Below, piece by piece: positions 52,207-64,000 of a stretch of DNA of 64,000 nt. The notes beneath the pieces are model-generated. The model was not told where the DNA came from. It did no database searches and saw nothing but the letters and a program-made list of their open reading frames with translations. Both the position numbers and the translations under genes were made by a program. Location of the stretch: assembly GCA_051362555.1 (NCBI GenBank), contig CM120647.1, forward strand, positions 4,960,001 through 5,024,000, written 5' to 3'. Position 1 is the stretch's first letter; each line of letters opens with the position of its first letter. This DNA comes from Lingula anatina (taxonomy: Eukaryota > Animalia > Brachiopoda).

Positions 52207-53278
52207 TTAGTTGCTACAGCTTTTCTGCAACACTGAAATGATACAAAAACAAATAAACACAAGTAGAAAGTATGCAGTTTGCAGAGTAGAGAGAGAAAGG
52301 GAGGCCACTCGGCCACAGTATATGCTTTCATATCAATTGTACAGTAGAAAAAAAACATGGGTTATATGTTGTACACAAAATATACACGAACCTATTTTCT
52401 CCGGCTTGAAACTGGCATCTGTCTTAAACAAGGGATGGCGGTCGTATGGTCGTATCTGCAGCCTGAAGTCACCATGGCGGATAAAGTGGTTGGGGTAGTT
52501 CACTGATTCGTACGCCGTGTACCCTCGGAAGAAAAGGTTAGGTCGAGGGATAAAGGAGGCGTTCTCGTCAAAGGTGCTAGCATTCCTTGGGTTCTTCGAG
52601 CTTTCGAGGTGCAAGAAAAAATTATAGTGACGGAGATAGGAGCATGGATGCTCCAGGGACATGAAGGAGACGGTTTTCTTCCCGTTCTTCTTCCCGCTTA
52701 ACCCTGGTAAAATGCGAAAAGCATCCCCGCCGTAGCCCTGTTTGATGTATGCGTCGCCATTGTCCCTCACCCCCCAGGTATAATCCTCGTAATTTTTGGA
52801 CCGAAGAAGCACAACTGCAATGGAAAAAAACATTATTATTTAGGATTTATTTCCCATCCCCAAGAGTTGTTGTCCGTTTCGATATCAGTGAGGAAAAAGA
52901 GGACTGATATTTGTCTTTTTATATTTAATTTGAAAAAAAAAACAAGTTTTATTTAAATAGTCTGCAACAATGTACTTTGAAAGTAAATGTTGTATATTGC
53001 CTTGTGCACTATAATAAAAAACATATAATTGCCAAAATGCAAAGCAAATGAAATCAATGTACATTATTTTGAATATACATGTAACATGCGGAAATAATCG
53101 TTTACAATAGTAAAAATATTAAATTATATTTATTAATTCATTATAATAGCTATACAAGTAAATTCTGATATAAAAGATTCCGATAATCAAAGACATTTGC
53201 AGGTGACTTACTGGCTTTCTGGGCGGTAACCAGCGGCAACAACACCATGAGAGTGGCGGCGATGCGCAAGAAAAACAT
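52207..53278 (-). CDS. Secreted stand-alone AbfB (alpha-L-arabinofuranosidase B C-terminal / CBM42 beta-trefoil) domain protein, ~171 aa
   Basis: Exons 53278-53212 (signal MFFLRIAATLMVLLPLVTA), 52814-52392 and probably 52232-52207 (VLQKSCSN*). Repeated AbfB motifs FRILPGL..VSFMS..P.SYLRH..F.ENASF and YESVNYPNHFIRH..FKTDASF. The last exon is less certain (read-through would stop at 52333). Confidence 0.82.
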
Positions 53279-53512
53279 CTCCAGTTTTCCTAGAAGGTAT
53301 ATAAAAAACATTCTTCAGGTGCAGACTTTCATAGATGATCTTTAAACACGCGAATCAACTGAAAAAGACGCAATGGAACAGAACAATATTTAGAAAAAAT
53401 GGTGGAAATCATCCGGAATATCCTAAAACTAAACTGTCGGCACTGCTTGAAGTTATGCGAGACTAGAAATCGTAGAGCGCTGAAGTTAATGTCTATTTTT
53501 GAGTTTCCAGTT

Positions 53513-55400
53513 TCGTTTTTCAAAAACGAACCTGGCAACCAGAAACTAGTGTCGTTTTTCAAAAAAACTAACTTGGGAACCAGAAACTAGTGTCGTTTTT
53601 CAAAAACGATTCTGGCAACCAGAAACTAGTGTCGTTTCTCAAAAACGATTCTGGCAACCAGAAACCAGTGTCGTTTTTTGAAAAACGATTCTGGCAACCA
53701 GAAACTAGTGTCGTTTTTCAAAAACGATTCTGAGAAGCCAGAATCGTATTTGCGGGGAGAAACAGGGGTGGGCAGACGGAGAGGCAAGTTTAAGTGGGGG
53801 TGGGGGAATAAGGGTAAGGTTGAAGAGGGGGAAGGGGCCCCCGGGGCCTCCCTTTGTAGTTTGAAGTGTAATTTTTAATATTATTGAATATTTCAAAAAC
53901 GATTCTGATGCCCAGAGACCAGTGTCGTTTTTTGAAACACTGAGAGTTGCCCGTACCCCGTAGGCAATAATCGGCGACCGTCTCGGTCTCAGCGCACGTC
54001 GAGGAGATACCGTAAAACCCTGCCCGGCTTTCGCGGTCATGGTCAGAAATGTGCAGCATTCACACGATACGCGAGGGCGCAACAGTAGGGCTTCACGTGA
54101 CTCAACTAACCAATCACAGCACAAGAATGGCATCGCACACAGACTCTGTGATAAGTGCTCAGCCCATTGTCAAGTAGTGTTAGTTCATGGTAACAAGCGT
54201 CTGATATGTGCAGAGAAGTTTATTATTATAATATATATTGTTCTTATTGTTACATTATTAAATCTTACTCTGTATCCAAGTAGTAACTATACTGTACCAA
54301 GTCAGGTACTGATGATGTGCAGAGGTCATATATTCCAGAATAAGCCATTACCACTGATTTATAACTTTTATTTTTGTTTAATTATGTTATTCATGGAAGG
54401 GTTCATGAAAGATTATTTTAATTTGTTAAATCGTGATCTTATTCTTTTTATATTCAAATAATTGAATACTGTGGGTAAAATTGGTCTTCCACTTCTTATT
54501 TGCATTTTCCTTTACTACAAAATTATTTTGGAACAGTCGCAGCATTAAAAATTTAAATAAATAGCAATCTTAAAGAAGAATTTTGCATAATTATTAAATG
54601 ATGATAGGGATTTTGGATTAAGAGCTTAGTTAAATACTGAGTAGTGATACGGTCAGTCAATTTATGAAGAATCTGATAATATGATTGAAAATACTGATTG
54701 AATTCTTGGCCTTGCACTGGGCAGTTTTACATTTGTGCCAAGTGCTCTTTTTGGACTCCATTGTACAGTGGTAAAAATTTTTCAATTGCCATGAAAGTTT
54801 TTAATCAGACTCTGTATGGTACTGCTATCTGCTGGTGCTACTGCTATCTGCTGGTGCTATCGGCAACGAATTAATTTGCCTTTGTTTCTGAGTGAATCTA
54901 CCGTCTAAAAACACTATTACTAAAAATATTTGCGTTTTGTTGAGGGTAGGCTGGGCAATACACGGCAAACTTCTTAGTACGTGTGTACAACATATTAAAA
55001 AAAAAAAAAAAACCCTAGCGATATTTGGTCAGGAGTTGCTTGAAGCATAGCACAGCGTTGCTGTCTATCGGCATCAGGCCGTTAGTTTGTCAATTCTCAC
55101 GAATTCTCACGAATCGCGAACCCATTCATTTTCCTATGGCAATCTAGCAACTCATTAAAAATGCACGCATGCGCAGTGGGCTAGGCGTGACGTCATGCAG
55201 TGCATTTCTGGGGATGGAGGGTTACCTAATCGCGGTACACGCACACCGCTGGTTGCCTCTCCCTCTGCCCACCCCTGTTTCTCTTCGCAAAAACGATTCT
55301 GGCTTCTCAGAATCGTTTTTGAAAAACGACACTAGTTGTTGGATGCCAGAATCGTTTTTCGAAAAACGACACTAGTTTCTGGTTGCCAGGTTCGTCTACA
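53513..55400. mobile_element. ~1.9-kb inverted-repeat (foldback-like) element with 39-40-bp subterminal tandem repeats, right end TCTACA
   Basis: Arm 53526-53788 is the inverted complement of 55252-55395; left terminus not clearly defined; no long internal ORF. Confidence 0.8.
53522..53735. repeat. 39-40-bp tandem repeat x~5, each unit a hairpin
   Basis: Unit AAAAACGATTCTGGCAACCAGAAACTAGTGTCGTTTTTC; further units at ~53894-53935 and inverted at 55288-55395. Confidence 0.95.
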
Positions 55401-56194
55401 GGGGGGTGGGGGAGGGATAAAAAAAATTAAAAAGCATAAAAAATCAATGTTTACGTTCTGTCAGTTTTAATCGTTGTCACATCGCACTCGATAGCCCTCC
55501 ATTAGTTATTTTCCGATCACCTTAAGCTATTACAAAGCCTGTAAAATCTCGATTGCATTTATTTTTAGTGGTGAGACGTGTTTTTCTGACGATTTCCACT
55601 CGTATCTCCTTAACAGCAGATATAGTTAGTTAAGGGGATAAAACGCCTAAAGCAAATTTTTGGCAAACTGTTACTACTCAACAACATTCTGTTCTGGCTC
55701 TTGTTTAGTCATCATCTTAAATAATTGCCCCATGTCATTCAATATGTTTACGTTATTTTATTTTGAATAAATATCTTCTTGCCCATTTTTTTTCGTCGAA
55801 GTATGAACCCAGCACACGTTAAAACGTTAAAAAAGCTCCTTGTTTGCTTGGAGTTGTTGTTATAGGTAATACACTCACACACATATCACGAGCATAAGCC
55901 AGATTGAAAACCAGGCATGATTTGAAATCCCCTTAGGAGAGTTTTCCGCACCTGACTGATCTGCAATCTTAAAACACTTGGGATTCCAAACATTTTTTTA
56001 AACATTTTCACTCAAAGTGTCACGGAAGCAGCGCAGAATTTTCAAAATGTTTATCGAAATACACACAGTATTGACATGCTTTTCAAGAACCCGTATGTGA
56101 GGCAAAAAAAAAAAGATGAAGTAAATATTGTGTATATCCGCATGCAACATACATGTACATGTAGTTTATACAATGTGTTCTTGCTCAGAGATTC

Positions 56195-56242
<48 letters not shown>

Positions 56243-56639
56243 GTTGCGATCATTCTATTTTAAATTGTCTTTGACTCTGAATATCAATCTGGCGTAGGCA
56301 GTTTTATAATCTGTTTATAATCTGTCAGGATTTCAGTCTGGCCTGTGACATATACACCTGTATGTTTGAATTATTGTATGGTGTCGATAAATTATAATAC
56401 AAATACGTCTTACAAAGCTTTTACCTACCTGTTTGATACAAAGATTTTACCTACCTGTTATGTCACTGTGATACCACAAGTGTTTCAGAAGTCTGCTCTC
56501 TCTTTCTCTTTCTCTCTCTCTCTTGAACAGTCGAGGGCAAACTGACTGAGTAATGCTTATTTCAACTACTTACTAATAGATCTACCGACAACGCCTGTTC
56601 ATCAAATCTGTCAGAATATTATTTTTTAACGCAGTTGTG

Positions 56640-58380
56640 TCAAAATTGCTGAAAAAAGGTTCAATAATTCGTAATTATGTGTCATTTTCTATGCAAAAAC
56701 AAATTCCCTACTAATTTTAAATGTATAACATAGAGGCCATTGATTAATTAGACCCCGATTTCATACATTTTAAATCAGACAGGTTTGATTAATCTCAAGT
56801 TGTATCATTTGGTGGAGTGACAGCTGAATTGTTACATATGGGTAGTTTTCCTTTTTGATATAATATCGTTAAGCAGCCTTTTTTGTTAATATGCCCATTC
56901 CTTTTAAAATCTCTAGAGCCTGTCAGTGTGTTTGGCAAAGGTCTTCAATCCCATGGAGGTTTAAAGTCACACCTTGAAATTGCCAATAGTATGTGAAAAA
57001 TTAAAAATTCACAAAAACATGTATAACTTCCAGAAAAATCAACCAACCATGCTTGTTATCCAGATAAAGCTGCATTTAAGTCCTATGTTTCTTTCCTGTA
57101 AGTTTAAGAAGAGTTAGTGGCATGCTTTTCCTTTGATGGTCACTATGGCAACAGTGCCCAAAATAGGTTTTTCTTCAATTTTGATGCAATATCACATAAT
57201 GCTTAACAGCATAGTCACCACCAATCTTTAACAATGCACTGCAGGTAACATGGGTGTGTAGAAAATGTGAATAGCTTAATTTTTCAGACCCATGAAATTT
57301 CTAAGTCATACCTTGAAAATGCTAACATGTACACCAGAGATAACTGTACTGTAATGAATTTCTTTCCCTTTTCAACACGTTTTACATAAAAAAAAAAATA
57401 ATAATAATAATCAATTTCCTGTCATTTTTTTTAGCTCAACTAAACTAAGAAAATTGTTGACAAAGGAAAAATATAAGTAGAACAATTTAAAAGGACGTAG
57501 CTGTACCAAAAAAAAATAAATAAATAAAATCCATTTCTCGATTTTTTTTAGATGCAGCACCCAATATGTACAATAGAGATATTTTTTGTATCGATAACCC
57601 TATAAATGGTTTATAAACAGTTTTTTTTTTGGTAGAAATAAAGCGTTTTAGATAACCCCACCTCAATATGCAAAAATGAAGTAACAGATCTAGGTCACGT
57701 GGTGATGTGGGGACAAAAAAGCCAAAGGTCTTTGCAACAGCTGAGCTTCAAACTGAATACAGTGAAGCGAGGGAAGGTTATGATGAACGGAGTTGGGCAA
57801 TTTTCGTTATATGCCTCAGTGTGTTGACGTGGGATGCACCAAAACGCCAGAAAGGGGTCTGGCATTCGTTGAAAATCTTTTTCTTTGCCTGTGACGGTCT
57901 TTCGTGACTTTTTTTTTTCTAACTACGGTGACAATATATGTGATGCTCGAGACTATGGTCGCCTCGAGTGGTTTAGATCATATCAAAAGCTGACAATCTT
58001 TCAAATTAACTATCATCAATTAACTAAACACAAACACCCACTTGCCTGCACACACGTAGAGGTACATAACACAAGCAGACTGACAGTCACTGGATATATC
58101 TGAAAAGGAAAGGGCAGATCGTGCGGCTGATCGTAACTATATCTGAAAGAAAAACTACCCCAATGTAACAATTAAGCTGTTACATCACATGACACTTTTT
58201 GCCCCAAATGATACAACTTTATATTAACCAAAACCCGTCTGATTTAAAATGCATTAAATCGAGGTCTAATTAATCAATGGCCTCTATGTTATACATTTAA
58301 AATCAGTAGGAAATTTGTTTTTGCATAGAAAATGACACATGATTACGGATATTGGAACCTTTTTTTCAGCAATTTTGATA
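56640..58380. repeat. ~240-bp inverted repeat pair (56640-56880 / 58135-58380) around a ~1.2-kb spacer; probable transposon-derived arms
   Basis: CAAAATTGCTGAAAAAAGGTT...TGTATAACATAGAGGCCATTGATTAATTAGACC and its reverse complement; also a direct duplication ~58060-58170 / ~58393-58515. Confidence 0.8.
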
Positions 58381-60630
58381 TGGCAGTGGCACAGGTACAT
58401 AACACAAGCACACTGACAGGCTCTAGAGATTCTTTTTTAATGAAATTAAGGGCAGATACCGAGATAGGCCGCTGAAGGTAACTATATCAGAAAGGAAAAC
58501 TACCCTAATGTAACCAAATACTACCCTAGGTTCTAGATTCCGGTATTGCCAGCTCGATCTTGATTTCATATATAACCCATATCAACAATACCGGCTCTAG
58601 CGAACAGCGGCCATGTTACACTTCCGTCAATCAAATAGAACTGCTCTGCAGTGAATCTGCAGTTGAATGTCATCAGACCAAAATGAAACAGATTTAATTC
58701 TGCTTTATTTAAATTTATTTGCTGTATTTGAGATGTAAAGTGAAAAAAATGAATAATATTCTTCGAAAACAAAGATATATCCAATGTTTTTGTATTTTTT
58801 GCTTATCAAAGAACATTTAGTCCTGAGAGATACACGTGCAAAATACACGTGCTTGCCGTGTGCCAAATTTGACAGCTACACTGTATGCCCGTTACCACTA
58901 TAAGGGCTGCGCAATGGCTACACCAAAATCAGTTTTTAAAGCAGAATGTTGCCTGTATTGTGGCACTGACCTTCGACTGCAAGATATTTTCAATTCAAAC
59001 TTCGTCAGGCACTTTGCTTCTCGTCTCGTCTGCACGAGATAACTTCAGCGCGTGGCGGGAAAGGCAGCTCCAGGCGGCCAAATCTGTGACGTACGAGACT
59101 TATGACTTCCAATTATGGATCCAGGCGGACACAGCTGTGACGTGTGACTTCCAAATATGGCAGCACCCCAGGCAAAATTTTGAAGAAGAACTCCCTCAGA
59201 TTGTCGCTGTTCGTCAGAGCTAGTAAAAGCTACTCCATCACAAGGTATATTTAAGCTAGCTAGCTTTTACGTTGCTCTGACATTCAGGGTACCAAATACA
59301 TGACATCTTTTGCACCAAATGATACACATTTTGAGATCAATCAAAACCCGTTTGATATAAAGTGTGCCATATGACATCCAAGACTAATACATCAATGGCC
59401 TCTTTGCATATTTGAACCGTACCAGCAATTTTTATAAAAACAGCGGCACAGCAACGTAAAATGGCAAGATTAATAATATGACAAATCATATAAACCTCCG
59501 TCTTCGGTAGATCTATAAATAATAAGTTTGGCATGCCCCCTTTCCCCCTCTCCCCTTCTTGCTCTTTGGTGCCTTTTTAGGCATTTTTAAAACCTACAGG
59601 ACTAAGTGGCCTTCCTTTCATATACAGCACAAAAATTAGCTAGAACTCGGCTCTTCTTATTCTGAATGGTTCCACAGTATGACAATAAAAAGGTGCAGTG
59701 AAGGAATATGTCAGATTATTCGTGAGTATATTCTGTTTAATTAAATAATTTGCACACACAGAATAAATAAATAAATATGTTTTCATCTACGAAGAACCGA
59801 CAACATACATGTAGCTTTGGTCTTCCTTTCATGTAGGTCCCCCATACTCACAGCTGGACAACTTGGTTTCGATCCTTTCCGGGGACGTGCACGCTTTCAC
59901 AGAGGAATATTTACAACAGTTGACCCTCAGAACAAATATGGTGACCCACTTGTCGCTTAATTCAGGATAAAACACTGAATAGATTTTCTGTGGGGATCAC
60001 GCAACAAGCATTCAAGTGGGCCGCTACATTTGACCCGCGGCCACATTTGATCCCTATTCTGAATGAAGCCATTAACAGAACCCTCTGTCTTTAGTCTTGG
60101 CCCTAGGTATTTACGAGTTGAATCAAGTGTGAAGTGCTGTTCTGACAATGAAAGTCGTTGTTATTACATTGTATAAGCTAGTTTTCAGCGCCTCAGACGG
60201 TCACTGAGATGTATCCTCCCCAGGGAGGCGATAACGTCTACATCCTGTCTATACCAGGGCCGATATTTTGCAGGTACGTTGCCAACGATGCCACGGAAGC
60301 AAAAAATGATAGGCAAGTCAATGGCAAGTATAGCATACAAGAACAAAAGTTATTTATTTTGTCTTAAAATTGACCATGAGGTAGAGAAAAAAATTGAATC
60401 TAACACTACTTTAGATGTTACTTGAAACGAGTAACACTACGTTTCGACTATCTCACAAGGTCCTCCTTAAGTGAAATGAGCTTTCGCCGGTTATTCAATT
60501 TTGCCTCGACTTTAGTTAAAACACTCCTTGATGAATAATAGCATTCACTTTGGTCATGAGTTATTATACTGCATACGGCTCAATTTGACGGTATCCTTTC
60601 TTAAACTGCTCCCTTCAACACCACATTCAA

Positions 60631-60738
60631 GTCCCATAGGATCATATAAGATCCTATTACATTCTATAGGAAATAGGGCCAATTTCCTTTAGGATCATGT
60701 AGGATCTTATAGGATCCTTTGGGATTTTTACGTAAGGG
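60631..60738. mobile_element. Short insertion with TAGGATC repeats and a TTTTTACGTAAGGG end (EnSpm/CACTA-like terminus)
   Basis: Absent from the inverted paralogous sequence at ~2660-2680. Confidence 0.5.
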
Positions 60739-61234
60739 AACCTTGATTGGATGAAATAATACTCAGCGTCCTTTATAAATTGTACCTGCTTCCTCCCCGC
60801 TTTACTTAGGAGGTTGAATCAAGGGTAAAGTGGTTTGTCTGGCATTGGAAGATTTTTTCCTATGCTAACTTGTAGCGCCTCGTCCGGCAGTTGGCATGTA
60901 TCTTCCCCAACGTCTGTATCAAGTCTCTATACTACATATATATCAAAGGCAGTTTTTTGCAGGTATATTACCATGTCACGGAAGTCGCTTTGAGAGACAT
61001 GTGAATCTATCGCAAGTGCAAGAACATTTTTTCCTTAAAAAGCAATATGAACTTGAGTATGGTGTACTGAATTGGACACAATGCTATTTTGCGTTTTAAA
61101 CCCCCGCATTCAAACTTGATTGGATAAAATGTACCTTTGACCCCTCCGTGAGTTACTGTCTATTTAATTCATTCGCTTACTAGAGACGGCACAGATCGCA
61201 TAGAACGTTGATTTTAAACGAAAAGTAAAGTAAA

Positions 61235-62586
61235 ATGTGTCTTCCACGTGTGTTTTGCTTGCTGTTGCTGGTTGTTAAAGTAATGGGAACCCACTCTTCT
61301 GGAGCTGAAAATGGTCAGAAGGTAAGGCGTACTGTTTGTTTTGTGCACAGCTCACAGATAGAGATGAAGCCCAGTTTTGAGCTGACACAATAAGGCCACT
61401 ATCTAACTGACTGTGTTGTTGTAATGCATTCAAAATATGTCGAGACTCATGAAAAAAGTCTACATATTTTGGAGAATGAGGTCAATGAGGTTTTTTTTTT
61501 TTTGTTGTTTCTACATATTGTGTCACAGCGACTGCAAAATAACACATTCCAATTTTAAAAGCGTTTTTAGAATAAGGAGACGTACCTGGGTGACCTATGT
61601 AATATAAGATTCGCTACGGTCCAGCATTGAATTACTAGCTTATCAAGTGAGTTACGTTACTCTTTGTTTTGGAAACGAACCTGCCATTCCTGGGTTGGGG
61701 TCGTTAACGTTTGGATCATTGTTTTCGTGATAAATTGGGCATTTATGTTTAAAATTATACATGTGTTTAATATTTTAACAAACGAAGAAGAAATAAAAAT
61801 GATCTTGATAAAACCAAGCCCTGTACGGACAATACGTTTACATGTATGGGCTTTAAATATCATTCACTGTTTGGAGACACTTATAATTTTCAAGTTTAGT
61901 TGCCCATTTGTATTTGTATTATCTTTTTGCCATGGAATTTAGACAGAGTTAAAATTGTTAGCTTTAATTTTACATGTGTTATTATGCCTTGGAGCTGCGT
62001 TCATTTTATAAAACAACCATTGGAATATGTGTCCAAAATGGGTATTGCGTAAAGTGGTGTGAAGTGCCCAAAAGTTACGGTTTTACTTAGCTCGCGTCGT
62101 GACATACTTTTATCAAATCTACAAATACTGTGCTTAAATATACCTTCTTTATGTTTGCAATATCTCACATTTGTACAGAGACCACCACTGCACTCCACTG
62201 GAAAAAAGGTGTCATTCCCTCCACAAGGTTTAAGTGAGCTAACATGTCCTATACTAGAAAATGCATGCCCGTTTCTTCGACTATGACATCCTAGTTATTG
62301 ACATCAAATCAAATAATATTTTGGAGTCAGTTATATCTGTTATATTTTGTTTTCCTTAACTTGAAAAGTGTCCTTTTCACGTATTTCAAACATGTTCAAT
62401 TGATAGATATATACCCTTGAAGCTCCTTGTTAAAGAGTCGTGGCATATAAGGTCTGCTAAGGTTTTGGATTCGAGCTGTTGGCCATCTATGTGTCATTAG
62501 CTTGGACGCATCCTTTGTCCGATGCCTAGTAACAACGGTTAGTATATAACATTTATAAGAGGTCGTCTTTGAAGACTCAGGAAGAT

Positions 62587-62618
<32 letters not shown>

Positions 62619-63281
62619 GTTCTATGTACTTATGCAAATAAATATTAGTTGTCATGGACTCATTCACTGTCTCTGTCAACAGAGAGAAAAATCATATTAA
62701 CATAGATTTAAGTATTACCAGACAAAACATTTTGTTACATTTATAAATTTCAGGACGAACTGGATATAGGGGACGAGTGGCGCGCTAAGATAGTCCGTTT
62801 CTTTTCTAAGTTGGATGCTGACAAGGACGGAATTGTGGACCGCCGCGACTACGTTGACAAGACTGTAGAAAGAGCTAGACGATATTTTGGGGCAGATAAG
62901 ATCAATGACTTCAATGATACCATCTCCGAAGCGTGGCTGTCATTTTGGTCTGTTTCCGAAGATGAATATAGAGGTAGTCTTGACGAAAAAGATGCTATTT
63001 GGATTCACAAACGTTTATTCAAAGTTAACAAACTAGACGAATCAAACAGGGATTGGGCAGAGGGCCTATTCCGAGCAGCAGATGGAGACGACAACGAAGA
63101 ACTCAGCGTCTACGAGCACAAAACATTTTGCCGAGTGTTTAACGTTCAAGAAGGATTTGACAAGTCTTTTAAATGTATCGATGGGAACCAAAACGGTAGC
63201 ATCGAAAAAGAAGAGTTCCTGAAAGCAGCTCATGATTATTTTTACAACCGAAAGGTGGATTCCTGGTTTTTCGGAGTCTGA
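61235..63281 (+). CDS. Secreted EF-hand protein of the sarcoplasmic calcium-binding protein / calexcitin / aequorin-like family (204 aa)
   Basis: Exon 1 61235-61321 (MCLPRVFCLLLLVVKVMGTHSSGAENGQK, GTAAGG donor, phase 0); exon 2 62754-63281. EF loops DADKDGIVDRRD, degenerate EF2, DGDDNEELSVYE, DGNQNGSIEKEE; N-terminal W..KI..FF..LD and C-terminal FFG typical of SCPs. Confidence 0.88.
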
Positions 63282-64000
63282 TATTGATAAGAAATTCGAC
63301 TTTCACAGAAATGTGGTATATAATTGAATAATAAATGGACATTGGTGTATGGTTCTTAAATAGTTGGAAGATAACAGATTCATTTTCTATTTTGTTTTTC
63401 TTAAATGTTGCAGTCCAACGTTCATAGGTCGTACCTATGAACTCAAACTGTAATAGTTCATATTTCGAGAGATTATTTTTTATCACTTGTTTCTAAAACA
63501 ATTATAAACATATTTATTTTCAATAGAGGTCGGATGGGGGAAATATCTTATTTTTGTTTTTGTTTTTATTTTCTTTTATTTATTTATTTTGTCAGTATTG
63601 GATTTTGTCAGTATTGAAATTGTGTACAGACGTCATGATTCTTATTCTAATAAAAGGTCACTGAAAAGTGTTCAAATACGTATTTAAACAAGAATAAACC
63701 AGCATCAAGATGTTGCAATACCCGCTTGTCAGTTGTATAACATGATGCTGACCGGTGCTATCAATGTTAGTACATTGTAATAAGTTTATGGGAAGCCCGC
63801 CTGCACGTGTTGCCTACCTGTAGTCTGTTCACTGCCGTCTCTGTAACTAAGACTTTATCAATTTCAATATGGCGGAGAAGAAGACACAGTAAAGGCATAC
63901 CAAATGTTTAATAACTATCAAAAATAACACGATCGGATTTGAATGAAAGTTTATTTAATAAATTCGAAAGTTTTTAAGCGGAAGTAACACTTAGTTTAGT

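Noticed and set aside
52333-52391. AbfB C-terminus by read-through (GSCIFCVQHITHVFFLLYN)
   Set aside because: A GT donor at the domain end, also present in the pseudogene, and a good downstream acceptor favour a short last exon; not fully excluded.
53522-53735. CRISPR-like array of ~39-bp palindromic repeats
   Set aside because: Units are contiguous with no unique spacers, there are no cas genes, the context is eukaryotic, and they form the arm of an inverted-repeat element.
53705-54461. Overlapping 140-142-aa ORFs as a transposase
   Set aside because: No DDE or DNA-binding motifs; low-complexity, repeat-derived translation.
62754-63281. Ca-activated photoprotein (aequorin/obelin)
   Set aside because: Same fold family, but by eye the N-terminal His and the C-terminal His/Trp/Tyr coelenterazine-binding residues are not present (KIVRFF; AHDYFY..WFFGV).

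Overview
AT-rich eukaryotic (invertebrate animal, mollusc-like repeat landscape; species not determinable) genomic window with spliceosomal introns. Its core is a head-to-tail array of six 5-exon genes (+ strand, ~4.2-49.6 kb). Each encodes a ~226-246 aa secreted protein: signal peptide, short Cys-containing linker and one von Willebrand factor A (VWA) domain with a MIDAS DxSxS motif. Copies 1-3 are acidic and copies 4-6 net basic. A convergent 3-exon gene for a secreted stand-alone AbfB/CBM42 beta-trefoil protein follows the array, with a decayed copy after VWA-5. The block is bracketed by inverted paralogous loci for a signal-peptide-bearing EF-hand protein of the sarcoplasmic calcium-binding protein/aequorin type: an intact gene at the right, and an exon 1 plus an internally deleted pseudogene at the left. 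Every gene here appears secreted and metal- or glycan-binding, which suggests a co-evolving extracellular matrix/mucus/adhesive or biomineral cluster (inference). Many non-autonomous DNA transposons and microsatellites fill introns and spacers. Gene models were built by hand from splice sites, reading phase and paralog comparison; no database searches were run.
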